In this document: positions 22,786 through 34,451 of the stretch, piece by piece
How positions within the stretch are numbered: the first letter of the stretch is position 1
Layout: every line of letters starts with the position of its first letter
Source: Paramoeba atlantica
Lineage: Eukaryota; Protista; Discosea
Direction of reading: 5' to 3'
Length of the DNA stretch: 43,680 nt
Assembly: GCA_977017575.1 (NCBI GenBank)
Contig: CDRNVI010000031.1
Location: forward strand, 1-43,680
Made by a program: the position numbers and the translations under genes
The notes under the pieces: model-generated
Told to the model about the DNA's origin: nothing
Database searches by the model: none
The model's input: only the letters and a program-made list of their open reading frames with translations

Positions 22786-23174
22786 ATGCAACGTGCCGTA
22801 CGCGTGGCCGATGTCCCCTCTCGACCCGGTAAGGTGCGAAACGCAGTTCTCCCACAAGAATACAATATGTTTCGACTACTGAGTAACGCCAGTTTCGCTG
22901 AGGAATCATGGACCGAGAAAACGCCTGCTTGTGTGTGGAAGCATGTGGAGTGTAACAATGAGGGAGAGGTGACAAAGATACAATGGACCAGATACGAAAG
23001 AGTATACGTGTGTGTACAGGAAGAGGAGAGAGTCTCTCTAAAAGGTTCACTGCGATGGAATTTCCTGCCCGATACGTTGATCTCCTTCGATGCTTCCTTG
23101 CAAGAGGTTTTGGAGGGGCACGTAGACTTGGCGGTTCTACCGGCAGGATTGAAAAAGTTTGATATTCGTTCGAA
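22786..23174 (+). pseudogene. LRR subfamily A copy 3, 3'-truncated by a transposon
   Basis: Matches A1 and A2 to KFDIRS, then switches to TA|CTCTATACCCCCC. The ORF tail to 23298 is non-LRR read-through. Confidence 0.88.
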
Positions 23175-24124
23175 ACATACTCTATACCCCCCTATACCTT
23201 CCCCCTGGAACCCCCGGGATCCCCCACCCGGGTCCAGCGAACTCCATAGCCGAAAAAACGCCAAGTACTGTATGCCATTGGTTTCTTTTGGGACCTGACT
23301 GGGTTTGCCTCGGTTTGCATTTTACTGGTTTCAGTCCTCTTAGATATACAATTTCTTTTCAGTGGGAATTTGCTACACCTGTTGCTTCGTATCTCCCTCG
23401 CCCCTTTAAGCCTGGGTTCTATAAACCCACGAAACGTGATCAGCTGGCCACCCGCTGAAAAAATGGCCAACTCGTCACCCCCTGAAAAAGTTGCCTGCTG
23501 ATCATCCCCTGAAAACGTGGCCGGCTGACCATCCCCTTAAAAAAGTGGCCAACTCACCACCCGCTGAGAAAGTGGCCAGCTGGCCATTTTTTCACGGGGT
23601 TGTCAGTTGGCCATAAAAAATAGTACTTCTTTTTCGTTCATTCGTTATGGCCCCGGCCACTGAAGCACGTTTTGAAGAACCAAATAGTTCGCGAACTTAG
23701 TTTAGGAGCTGAAAAAGATTCCCCAAATTTTGAAACAGTTGTAGTTTATGAAATTGGGGATGATAATGAATCGTCTTTGCGATTTTTTATTCCACGCCCG
23801 CACACTTGAGCGTTCCGCACACTTGAGCGAGCCGCGTTCCGAGTCACGATTTTAGTAAACAGGTTCTAAAAACTGCGTACTCACTACGGGGATAGTGAGT
23901 ACTCACTACTCACTGAGACTGGGTAGTGATACTCCTAGCATGGGGATTATGAAAAAAAAAATATTGCAGCTGTGATTTAATCTTAAGATTTTCTTTAGTT
24001 TCTATTAGCACTGTTTCGGAAATGATTAAGAAGGCAATACGTCTCTTCTGAGGCAAATTAACCCAGTATCTTCTCAACAAGAACGTAAGCGCATTCACAC
24101 CTCTCACCCCACTCCTTACCACAC

Positions 24125-24427
24125 TCCACAGTATCCTCGTCCAACAATTATTGGGCCCCTGGTTTTTACCCCCCCCCCCTCCTAGCGTTGCTTTTCACCA
24201 AAACCAGGCAACGCTAGGATAGGGGGGGAGAGTAAGTGGGGGGGACTATGACAAATAAGTGGGAGGCACAGTACTTAGAAATGCATTTAGAAGTACATTA
24301 AAAGTGTATTCAAAAAATTATTTGTTTTGCGCAATTTAGGTACTAATCCTCCCAAAAGACAATGAGTAACCACTGTATGCACTATTCGAAGCCAAAACTG
24401 GATTGCGTTGAAGTGGGGGAGACAGTA
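24125..24427. mobile_element. Non-autonomous element end, homologous to 15060-15345
   Basis: Hairpin TCCTAGCGTTGC...GCAACGCTAGGA, and terminus GTGGGGGAGACAG|TA. Confidence 0.6.
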
Positions 24428-24599
24428 TGTAAAAACATTTAAATTATAAAGGTTCGCTCATCGTTAACCATCGATAAATTCATCCGAAAATTCATGAAAC
24501 ATCGATAAATACCCATCCATCTGCTGCCTACATTTATGGTTCACATTCGACTAAAAGAGTCCCATTTTTCCTCTACCTCTCTTTCTCTTCTACCCCCCC

Positions 24600-26198
24600 A
24601 TGCGTCCTCCCACCCCTTTTTCCTCCCCACTCTACGCCCTCACCCGTCGTTTCACCACCATCCTGGCCGTACGCAAAGGCAACGTGGTCGCACTGATGGG
24701 CGACAGCCGCGTCACTCTGGGCCAAAGCATCATTGCCAAAGACACCGCCCGGAAACTACGAAGGGCGGGACCTCCCCTCATCTCCCGCTATGACCGCAAA
24801 CCCCAACCCCGAGGAGAAAGCGCAGGGGTCTATGGTGAGCGAACACCACCGTACACCACGCCCCCAAAAGACGAAATCGAAAAACAACACAATCTACCCT
24901 CGGTAACTCACGGATCAAAGACCTTTCCTCCTTCGTCTTCTTCCCCACCTCCTCATGCGTCACAACAACAAGAAAACGAAAGGTTCAAAAACCAAACCCC
25001 AACCCCAACTCCAACAACAACAACAACAACACCTTTTTCTTGCCAAGAAAAACAAAACCTTTTCAAAAATAAACCAACAACAACATTAACAACACAAGAA
25101 GAAGAAGAACAACAACAAGAGAAGAAAAACCACAACCCCAACCCCAACCACCATGAAAAAGGTGGTTCTTCATCTTCGGGGTCTTCGGGGTCTTCTTCTT
25201 CTCTCAACCCCCAACCCCAAGAACAACCCCCCCCACCCCCGAACCCCAACGACGCCCTTGGCTCCGTCATGGTCGGCTTCGCGGGCTCCACCGCGGACGC
25301 CATGACACTCCTCTCGAAGCTCGAGGCACAGCTCGCGGCGCACCCCGCCCAGCTCACCCGGGCCTGCGTCGAGCTCGCGAAGGAGTGGCGCGGGGACAAG
25401 AACCTCCGCCGGCTCGAGGCCTCCATGGTCGTCTGCGATGCCAAGGAGACGCTGGAGATCGATGGCGCAGGCAACGTGCTGACCCCCGAGGCGGATGGGA
25501 TTGTGGGGATTGGCAGCGGGGGGCAATACGCGAAGGCGGCCGCAAGGGCGCTGGTGGGGGTGGAGGGGTGGGGGGCGGAGAGGGTGTGCCGGAGGGCGAT
25601 GGAGGTGGCGGCGAGTATTGATTTGTTCAGCAATGACAGGTTCGAGGTGGATGTGATGGTGGGGGAGGGGGAGGGGGGGGAGGGGGAGATGGGGGAAAAG
25701 GGGGGGATGGGGGGAGAAGGAGAAAAGGGGGGGATGGGGGGGAAGGGGGAGATGGGGGGAGAAGGAGAAAAGGGGGGGATGGGGGGGAAGGGGGAGGTGG
25801 GGGGAGAAGGAGAAAAGGGGGAGATGGGGGGGAAGGGGGAGATGGGGGAAAAGAAAGGGAAAGAGGTGGGAATGGGGGAGAAAAAAAGGGGAGAGGACAA
25901 CGGGGAAGAGGTGAAGGAGAAAGGGGAAGGGGGTGAGGGGAGAGGGGAGGGGGGGAAGGACGTGGGTTCCGAGGTTGCGGCTGAGGAAAGGCCGGCGGGG
26001 GGGGAAGAGGGGAAGAAGGGGTCGGTCACCCACGAGGGTGGGAAGACGAAGCGGGGTGAGGAAACGGATGGGGAAAAGTCGGGGGCTCAAGGGGAGAAGG
26101 CACGCAAGGCGAGTCCAAAGTTAGCGAAAGATGCGCCCGCTGCTGATGTCAAGCCGTGCGATTCGAGTGTGAAGTCACCCAAAAAGGAGAAGAAATGA
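24600..26198 (+). CDS. hslV: HslV (ClpQ) threonine protease subunit with probable mitochondrial presequence, a 161-aa internal insertion and a 178-aa C-terminal tail
   Basis: 18-aa Arg-containing leader, then TTILAVRK (catalytic Thr, codon 19). Motifs GFAGSTADA, ELAKEWR, LRRLEA and GIGSGG. ETLEIDGxGNVxTPEADGIV resembles the trypanosomatid HslV as I recall it. Confidence 0.95.
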   Translation: MRPPTPFSSPLYALTRRFTTILAVRKGNVVALMGDSRVTLGQSIIAKDTARKLRRAGPPLISRYDRKPQPRGESAGVYGERTPPYTTPPKDEIEKQHNLPSVTHGSKTFPPSSSSPPPHASQQQENERFKNQTPTPTPTTTTTTPFSCQEKQNLFKNKPTTTLTTQEEEEQQQEKKNHNPNPNHHEKGGSSSSGSSGSSSSLNPQPQEQPPPPPNPNDALGSVMVGFAGSTADAMTLLSKLEAQLAAHPAQLTRACVELAKEWRGDKNLRRLEASMVVCDAKETLEIDGAGNVLTPEADGIVGIGSGGQYAKAAARALVGVEGWGAERVCRRAMEVAASIDLFSNDRFEVDVMVGEGEGGEGEMGEKGGMGGEGEKGGMGGKGEMGGEGEKGGMGGKGEVGGEGEKGEMGGKGEMGEKKGKEVGMGEKKRGEDNGEEVKEKGEGGEGRGEGGKDVGSEVAAEERPAGGEEGKKGSVTHEGGKTKRGEETDGEKSGAQGEKARKASPKLAKDAPAADVKPCDSSVKSPKKEKK

Positions 26199-26602
26199 GG
26201 GAGATGGGAGAGTCCTGGTATTTATCTTGATATTTGCGATCATTGCATTTTTTTTTGTTGTCGGTGGAACAGATTCCCAGGGGATGTAATTTTTCCAATA
26301 CCTTCATGTAACTCTTTTACTGCGATAAATTGTGTTATCACCCATACATCGAACTCTTTCGAGGAGGATATATTTTTTACTCCATCAATCGAATGCGAGT
26401 GGTGTGATGATATTGCCCATCTACGGAGAAACATCATTAAGACACTTTTATATTTCTCGTTTGATCTATGCAGTTTGCTTTGTGGAAATCAAAACTCACA
26501 TCAGAGCCGATTCTCAATGAGATTTTAACCTATTCGACCTTTTTTACAGTTTTTGTCATTTTTTCATGTCTTTGGTTCTTTTTACATTTACCTTGAAGAT
26601 TA

Positions 26603-27068
26603 ATGTACGGTACCTATTGCATCGACGACGGCTCCGATTTACGTCGAGGCAAAGTGACCTCTCTGCTGCTACCCCAAGAGGATATGCTGGAACGTTTCAT
26701 TTCAAATCCAACGGGAAGGCACAAATTTCACTTCGGGATTAGAAGTTTTATATCTCAATAACAATGGTTCCGTCGATCTTTCTCATCTACCGGACCTGAA
26801 AGAACTCTACTTGGGCAACAACATGTTTACAGGGCCTCTTTCTTTGCAACATTTCCCCACATCGCTTAAGGTTGCTCACTTTGGCAACAATTTATTCTCT
26901 GGTTTGGTAATGTTTGACCGACTTCCCAAAGGCATGATAGATTTGTCCCTGCAGAATAATAGAGATCTTTATGGCGAGATCAACAGTTCCGCCCTTCCCA
27001 AAGATTTACGAAGTCTCACATACTGGGGTACAGGAATTTATTTGAAATCTACGCAGTATCTAGGCTAG
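26603..27068 (+). pseudogene. LRR subfamily B, internally deleted
   Basis: 5' end nearly identical to 29055 (ATGTACGGTACC...GAGGATATGCTGG). The middle is missing and the 3' LRRs resume at about 26740. Confidence 0.88.
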
Positions 27069-27779
27069 ACAAAAATTGAATCTTTGGAAAATTGAAGCAC
27101 ATTTAGGCACATAATTTTTGGTGAAATTGAAGCAAAAGTTTAGCTTTTTTTATTTCCGATTTCTGTAATAACAAATGGGTCACCGGCAGTGCAAATGTAG
27201 GTTGAAATGTGTTTTTTTGTAAAAAGAAATTTTTTCATAAATTGTATCTTAAAATCGGTGTTGTATTGTATTTAAACGTTCGGTGAACGGTTTTAGCGGC
27301 ATTCAAAGTGGTATTTCAACTCTTTTACACTCTGCTTTCCACTGACTACAATTCACTTACGTCACATACAGTTGCACGGGTACAGTTGTCGGTTAGATAT
27401 CAAGAAAACACTACTCTCTACATACATTGTATATGTATCTTCACTTACTTGAGGAGCTGTCGGTGGCGAGATTTCACGAGATTTCGCGAATATTCACCGG
27501 GGGGTTATCATGGTTTCGCGAGGTTTCATCGACGTTTCGAAAGGTCTCGTCGAGGCTTCTAGGGGTTTCAAAATGTAAAGAGGAACACAGGAATAAAGGA
27601 AAAATTTACTCCGCCTCCCATAAGTACAGTGGTGATCAGCGTCTTTTACCCGCCCCCCTACAGGTCTTGTATTTTGTTCGATTTTGGAAAAATTTTGTAT
27701 GGGACTGTTTTTCGACCCAATCGTTCCGAATCCGAGGTCCTTCTCACTTGTGGACACCTGAGGAGCTGCGAGTATCATC

Positions 27780-27905
27780 TCGCGTAATCTCGCGTGATCT
27801 CACGTGATCTCGTTTTGAGGTCGTCCAACCACCCTCCCGAGCCAAATCCGCTCTCGAGAGATCTCGCGTGATCGCACGTGATCTCGCATGATCTCGCGTG
27901 ATCTC
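27780..27905. repeat. Degenerate 10-bp tandem repeat GATCTCGCGT
   Basis: Seen directly in two blocks. Confidence 0.75.
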
Positions 27906-28401
27906 ATACTGGGCCTCACCCGCAGCCCCTCATCTGTATCATTCCTAAACTGGAGAAAAAGCTACAAAAAACTCGATATTTTTTTTACAGAGTACATTTT
28001 TTTCAAGATCAATACATTTTAATAATTCATGACAAAGGAGCACCGCCCCCTATGTTTACCTTACTCTCGCGTGCGCCCTGAGATGCGCACGGCACTCGTG
28101 ATTGAATACGGGCGACTTAAGTCCTATAAGGCAGTCGCAAAACTTCATAAATTATAGATCCTCCACAGGAGGGCTGTGTGAGAGCTCTCGAACGTGCTAA
28201 CATTTTCCAAAATTGGCTAAAAGTTTTACAAATTTTAGACCCTCCCCAGCATTAGCTGATCCCCCCTGTGTACTACATTTGTTCGATGGCTTAAGGCAAT
28301 GAAAATTACCTTAAAATCCAGTAAAAATACGTTTGTTCATTCGTACCCATCAAATATGGAAGATTTATTATTATTTTCTTATTTATTAATATTTTCTTCT
28401 A

Positions 28402-28978
28402 CAGGGGGGATCAGCTAATGCTGGGGGGTCTAAAATTTGTAAAACTTGGCCCATTTTGGAAAATAATAGCCCATTCGAGAGCTCTCACACAACCCTCCTG
28501 CGGAGGATATGTCGTTGTGCATAAAATCGACAGTTTTATAAAATGGTGGGAGGGTCAAAAACGTCGATTGCAAGTTTTTTAAGAAATTCTGACGTTGTTT
28601 CCCCGAAACGTAAAGCCAAGCCTAGTACTCACAGTGACGCCCGTTCCTCTCTATAGCAATATTTATGTACCCTGGGGTGAGAAACGGCTCTCCGGCAATT
28701 TCTCCCGAAGTGAACGTGAAGATACTCATCTTTGAGGCATGAATCATGAAAACAGGAGAAATCTCAAAACAAATCAAACAAATTGCAAAAAATGCAAGTC
28801 GAACGTGTGTAAAAGCACGGGAAACGACAACAAAACGCGCTTCGTGTGTAAAAACACGGGAAACGATATACCCTCCACGGGAGGTCTGTGTGAGAGCTCT
28901 CGAATGTGCTATTATTTTCTGAAATTGGCCAAGTTTTACAAATTTTAGACGCCCCCCAGCATTGGCTGATCCCCCCTG
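28402..28978. mobile_element. Tc1-type MITE, 577 bp, TIRs of about 105 bp, TA TSD
   Basis: TA|CAGGGGGGATCAGC...GCTGATCCCCCCTG|TA. An additional orphan right end lies at 28160-28268. Confidence 0.9.
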
Positions 28979-29054
28979 TATTTATTATATTATTATTGTT
29001 ATTTTCTCATGAATTCTTGTGTTTGTTTTTTTATTACATTTACCTTGAAGATTA

Positions 29055-29873
29055 ATGCACGGCACCTACTGCATCGATGACGGCTCCGATTTACGTCGAG
29101 GCAAAGTGACCTCTCTGCTGCTACCCCAAGAGGATATGCTGGAGCGTTTCATTTCAAATCTAACGGGAAGGCACAAATCATGGCGTACGACGAAGAAGAA
29201 TATGTTAGGACGCGTCAAACATGTATCGGTATGCAAGTGGAAAGGCGTCACATGTGATAAGGATCAGACTGTGCGCTACATTGAATGGTGTTCAATGAAT
29301 CTTTTGGGCACCTTAAAATGGGAGTTGTTGCCTTATACGGTAGTTTCCTGCAAATTGATTCGTAACCGACTAATGGGAACGGTTGAACTGGACACTTTGC
29401 CATCTTCTTTATCGCTTTTAATATTAGCAGACAATACTTTTACCGGGGAACTACATCTATCCGATTTGCCTGACACTTTACAGAATTTTAGTGTGAATGA
29501 TAATAAATTTGAGGGGAGCGTAGATCTTACGAATCTGCCTTCGACGTTAAACGCTCTATATCTTAATAATAACCAGCTTTCTAGTGCCGTCGATCTTTCT
29601 CACCTACCGGACTTGGAATATCTCTACTTGAACAATAACATGTTTACAGGGCCTCTCTCTCTGGGACATTTGCCCGCATCACTTAGGTTTGCTAACTTTT
29701 ACAATAACTTATTTTGTGGCTTAGTAACTTTTGACGGTCTTCCCAAAGGCTTGACATTATTGTCCCTCCACAGTAACAAATACCTTTATGGCGAGATTGA
29801 CCGTTGCGTGCTTCCTAAGACTTTGCGAATTCTGGAATATTATGACACAGAAATTCATATGAAATCTACGTAG
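29055..29873 (+). CDS. Leucine-rich repeat protein, subfamily B (272 aa)
   Basis: LPQEDML, cap CKWKGVTCD, then about 6 LRRs. Confidence 0.9.
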   Translation: MHGTYCIDDGSDLRRGKVTSLLLPQEDMLERFISNLTGRHKSWRTTKKNMLGRVKHVSVCKWKGVTCDKDQTVRYIEWCSMNLLGTLKWELLPYTVVSCKLIRNRLMGTVELDTLPSSLSLLILADNTFTGELHLSDLPDTLQNFSVNDNKFEGSVDLTNLPSTLNALYLNNNQLSSAVDLSHLPDLEYLYLNNNMFTGPLSLGHLPASLRFANFYNNLFCGLVTFDGLPKGLTLLSLHSNKYLYGEIDRCVLPKTLRILEYYDTEIHMKST

Positions 29874-30574
29874 TGTTTTGAGTTTCCGAGAATACCACTT
29901 TCCTATTTTCGTATTTTTAAAGTCCAGTCCCGGTGAACTGGTTATCTTTTCTTCGCTACCCTTCCTGTGGTACTCACAAAATGAGAGACAAGTTTCGCCA
30001 CTTCGCACATGGCGTTGTCGAATACACTGAGTTCTCCTGTACTGACAATTCCCCCAACAGTTTTGCCAACTTAGACTTCTCCTCTCTTGTAAATCCCCGT
30101 AACAGGCGAACGTCAATACGTTTCTTTAAAGAAAAATTGTTTGGATTGCTTATCGAAGAAGCACATACCACCATTTCTTATGAGTTCCTTTTTCTAATGG
30201 GAAACCTTTTTATATGATTAAAGAATTTCGTACAGAAATCTCAATGTTTGGCTGCTCTAGGAATTTGCTGATTACGCAATGCATCCTACTTGTTACTGTC
30301 CTGTCTCATTAGCGCGGCGCCAAGCGCGCAGAGCCCGATATTTCCCTTGTTTTCTTTGTGCTGCAAAGATCCTTACTGTTTTGGTACTTTCTTTTTTTAC
30401 TGTTTTTGGTACTTTCTACGACCGGGGTCACTTCAAAATGTTCCAACTCTGCATCAAGCGCGCAGAACCCATCTCGCAAGGTTACTACGACAGCTTGAGA
30501 GAGCTTTGTCGGATGAGAAGGTATCACGCACCATCGCATCAATGGTCCGTCGGACTACTCGAGCTCCATTCTCA

Positions 30575-30600
30575 AAAGATACAGTTTCTGTACCTTGTTG
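30575..30600 (+). other. Spliced-leader exon copy AAAGATACAGTTTCTGTACCTTGTTG
   Basis: 26/26 identical to 16616-16641. Not followed by GT; an ATG follows 42 nt later. Confidence 0.85.
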
Positions 30601-30642
30601 TACTATGTTGTATAGAAATGATATGCGTCTGTAGCCCCTAAT

Positions 30643-32133
30643 ATGGCAAGCTCAGACGTTCCTGCACCAGCATCACGGGTGGAACGACATGTGAGGATCA
30701 GGAGCACCACAAGTATGACATTGACAGCGTTCACGGGCATTAAGTCTGCGGCTGCCAGCTCTCTCGTCAAACAGTTTTACCCAAATCCCGAGACCGGTCG
30801 CGCCGCCCTCACTAACGCGCTCGATAAAAACAATCCAGCCTGCGGACTCATGGTCGAATCGACCGAACTGTTTAGGTATAGAGTTCGACATCGAGGAGCC
30901 GATGAAGGATGGACCTATTATCCGAGCGTTGCTGACCTACATGCCAGGAAATTTTCTTCTACTTATTCCCGCGTCGACTCCCTCAGTCGTGCCCTCGTCA
31001 GATATTTTGAAGGATCTCCTCCCAAACTCCTGCCCTTTGAAATCGAATCATTGCCCACAGACAGTCAAGAAGCATCATCGACACCAATCGCCACCGAATG
31101 CAAACACAGCTGTATAAACAAGGAAACATGTTCCCCATGCATGCTGTAAGCGACATCTTACGGGCCATGCGAACATCACTCCCAACGAAGAGCCCCGGAC
31201 TGCGACAAGTAGCAATGCGGACACGAATATCGCTCCCAACGAAGAGCCCCGGGGTGCAACAAGTAGCAACGCCGACACTAGCGAGTGTAAACACCCTTGT
31301 CGCGACAAACGTACCTGTAAGCACTTATGCTGTAAACGTCACTTGCCTTCCCGCACTGCTGTAGAATCTCCAACTGCTGAGCCACAGCATGAAGGCGGAA
31401 CCTCGCAGCATAGCGAAACACAGGTGTCTTCTCGGGAAGTTGAAGAATGTAAGCATATCTGCACCGACAAACGCGCATGCAAACACCTATGCTGCAAACG
31501 TCACCTATCGCTTACCCTTGTCCATCCCGACGATAGCTCTGGAATAGACGCCACCGACTCACATCGCGAATCGCGCGATTTACCCCCACCACGTCCAGCA
31601 CAGGTCCCTCCTAGCTCCAACAAACCGAGAACCCGTTCAGTCCCTACACGCACAACTTCTTACTCTGCTGGAAATGACAACACCTCTCCGGAAACAAGAA
31701 CCGTCTACCACACACTGCATTCGATTGGTAGTACTGTCGGAACCTACATCATAAGCACCGCGCGTCAAGTTCTCGCTACAAGTACCACTCCGGGACACAA
31801 ACCGCATCTCAGTAGAATAACTGAGCAAAACCTTTGTGGTAATGCCCAGATAGAAAACACAGAAGAACTTTCACAAGTAACATGCAAGCTGAAACGGACA
31901 CGACGGAAACGATCCGGCCCACAGAATGTAAGCATGTCTGCGGGAACAAGCGTACGTGCCTTCACCAGTGTTGCAAAAGACACCTGGATAGCGCCCCAAC
32001 ACAGCAACAGCGTGACACCGCGGCAACCCAGTACACGGGCGACGAACTCCCAGCACCGCTTCCCCCACCACCGCATGAACCTAGTGAAGTACACTTACCT
32101 TCCCCCACTACCCCGCAGTACGTCGAAATTTAG
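30643..32133 (+). pseudogene. SL-preceded, frameshifted ORF with four C-x-H-x-C-x5-C-x-H-x-C-C zinc-finger repeats
   Basis: ECKHSCINKETC(SHA)CCKRH, ECKHPCRDKRTCKHLCCKRH, ECKHICTDKRACKHLCCKRH and ECKHVCGNKRTCLHQCCKRH. +1 frameshift in a C4 run near 31133 and a second shift at about 31850-31880. Cut at about 32120 by the GTGCTCTGAGAGC repeat. Confidence 0.75.
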
Positions 32134-32317
32134 TGCTCTGAGAGCAAAAATACGCTCGCGCGACCCCCGCTAAATAGGGGGGGAAGGTGGTAGTCGTGGG
32201 GTATGGAGGCCTTCACGCAACTCCGGGGCCTTACCGGGAACAGAAATGAGACACTATGGTTCCAGTATTTATAGCCCGTAACTACTTTTTTGTAAAGCAC
32301 TCTTTAAGTGATGAAAA

Positions 32318-32562
32318 AGTCATTAAGGGGTAAAAATGTCATTAAGGGGTAAAAATGTCATTAAGGGGTAAAAATGGCCCAAACGACGTATGGATTTCTT
32401 TATTCCCCGTATCGGGGATGATAAAACAGTTTACAGACGTGTAGGATGTCACTTATTCCCCTTTTCGAGGATGACAAACTGGTGTACAAGACGTATGGCA
32501 TTCTTTATTCCCCTTATCAGGGATGACAAAACAGTTTACAGACGTGTAGGATGTCACTTATA
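32318..32562. repeat. 19-bp tandem x3 (GTCATTAAGGGGTAAAAAT) plus a higher-order repeat of about 52 bp with small hairpins
   Basis: TTATTCCCC-N5-(GGGG/GAGG/AGGG)ATGAYAAA x3. Spacers 1 and 3 are identical. Confidence 0.8.
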
Positions 32563-32729
32563 CACCCCCTATCATTAATAATGATAATTGAAAAACGATT
32601 TTCACCTCGGATTGTGAAAATTACCCAAAAGATATCAAAAAAAAATCATTCTATCGTAACTCCTCCGTGTCAGCTCGAGGTTTTTTCCGCGATCTCAGCT
32701 CGCGGTTTTTTTAATCTCCGCAAATGTCG

Positions 32730-34260
32730 GATTTCGTGCTCTGAGAGCAAAAATACGCAAAAAATCGCCCCATTTTTACCCGAAAATCGGCTATTTTTGG
32801 CTATAATCCTTCCATTTTCTTCAGCTTTCCCGGCCAATTTTTCTTTTTTAGGCTCTTCGTTAAACGCGGTGGTAGTTTTCAACGCGAAGCGCGCAGCGTG
32901 AGTGACTTGTAAGTTGAAAACAACCACCGTGTTTAACGAAGAGCCTAGAAAATTTATATTTTTTAGTGGAAGGTATCAAACGGCCCAAATTCGGGTTAAA
33001 ATTTAGCAATGTTCGCCTAAACATCGGGCTTTTTCACCGGAAAAAATAGATTATTCATGATGTTTGGGCAATTTTTCTTTTTTAGTGGCTTCGTTAAACG
33101 CGGTGGTTGTTTTCAACTTAGAAGTCACTCATGCCGCGCGCTTCGCGTTGAAAACTTCCTCCGCGTTTAACGAAGCCACTAAAAAAGAAAAATTGCCAAA
33201 ACATCATGAACAATCTATTTTGGTGTGTGAAAAAGCTCGATTTTTAGGGGAACATTGCTAAATTTTAACCTGAATTTGGGCCGTTTGATACCTTACTAGT
33301 AGGGGTCGGAGGCTAATCTGATGAAAAAATCGTCTCCTACTCTACCACTTCCCTGCGCTCGATTTCGAAAAGCAAAAAATTCGAAAGAAACTTCTTGACG
33401 TATGCCCCCCCCATGGACCCCCCCCATGGACCCCCCCCCCCTAGACCCCCCATTTTTTTCAATTTGTTTTTCATTTTTGGGCCACCGGGCCCCCCTTTTA
33501 TATTTTTTTCTTTTATTATATTACTGTGTTCCCCTTTATATTTTCACTGTTTTTGTTCACTTTTTCTTCAATAATCGAGGGTAGAGCGATAGTTATCCAA
33601 CCACCGCAATAATCGAGGGTAGAGCGGTAGTTATCCAACCACCGCAATAAGCCTCTGCGAGAGGTTTTGTGATTTCTTTTTTAGGCTCTTCGTTAAACGC
33701 CGTGGTTGTTTTCAACTTAGAAGTCACTCATGCTGCTTCGCGTTGAAAACTACCACCGCGTTTAACGAAGCGCCTAAAAAAGAAAAATCGCTAAAAGATC
33801 ATGAATAATCTAGTTTTTGAGGTGAAAAAGCTCGATTTTTTGGCAAAAAATGCGAAATTTTAACCCGAATTTGCGCGGTTTGATACCTTTCCAGTAGGGA
33901 TAGGAGGCTAATCTGACGAAAAAATCGTCGCAGAATGGTAGCTGAGGTCCCAAACTCTTAAATTACGTTTTAAGAGTCGGTTTTGGAAAAACAAATTACA
34001 TTAATTAAAATTACATTATTATTATTTTTTGGATCAAAAAAGAAACCTTTTTGGTCCCCTCCTTGTTGGACCCAACCTTGTTTCCCAACCTTGTTGGACC
34101 CCTCCTGCGCGTTCCAGGGAGGCAAAATCCCTCTTTTGCGAGCAAGGCCCAACTGTGAGCGAAGTCCACTTCTGGAGGCAAAAGCTTCAGCGCGCGGGTC
34201 GCGCACTGAGAATCTGTGTCTAGGATTGTGCAACGCGGACAAACAGCGCGGGTGAGCTCA
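32730..34260. repeat. Composite palindromic repeat cluster, including a 325-bp fold-back (32970-33294)
   Basis: Three copies of the GTTTTCAAC-loop-GTTGAAAAC hairpin, plus a reverse-complement copy of 3966-4165 at 33400-33650. Confidence 0.85.
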
Positions 34261-34451
34261 CAGAGAAGTTGAAAGCTGTGTGACCCAATTTACCCGTCCG
34301 GAGGAGCTCTACCACTGATGAGTATGGCGGGGGAAGATTTATGGATAGAAAGGAATTTTTCTGTCCAAAGGCACTTTATTTGTCCAAAGGCATTTTATCT
34401 GTCCAGAGGCATCGGTCCTGTCCGGCCGCCATTGCGGTAGTTGTATAACTA

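Noticed and set aside
24765-25247. Canonical GT-AG intron or intein in hslV
   Set aside because: No GT-AG pair restores the KLRR/ND junction, and there are no intein terminal residues (Cys/Ser start, His-Asn end).
24953-26090. Long minus-strand ORFs (358 and 306 aa)
   Set aside because: Antisense shadows of the low-complexity, GC-rich hslV.
32386-32562. CRISPR-like repeat-spacer pattern
   Set aside because: Only three degenerate repeats, spacers 1 and 3 are identical, there are no cas genes and the context is eukaryotic. It is a higher-order tandem repeat.
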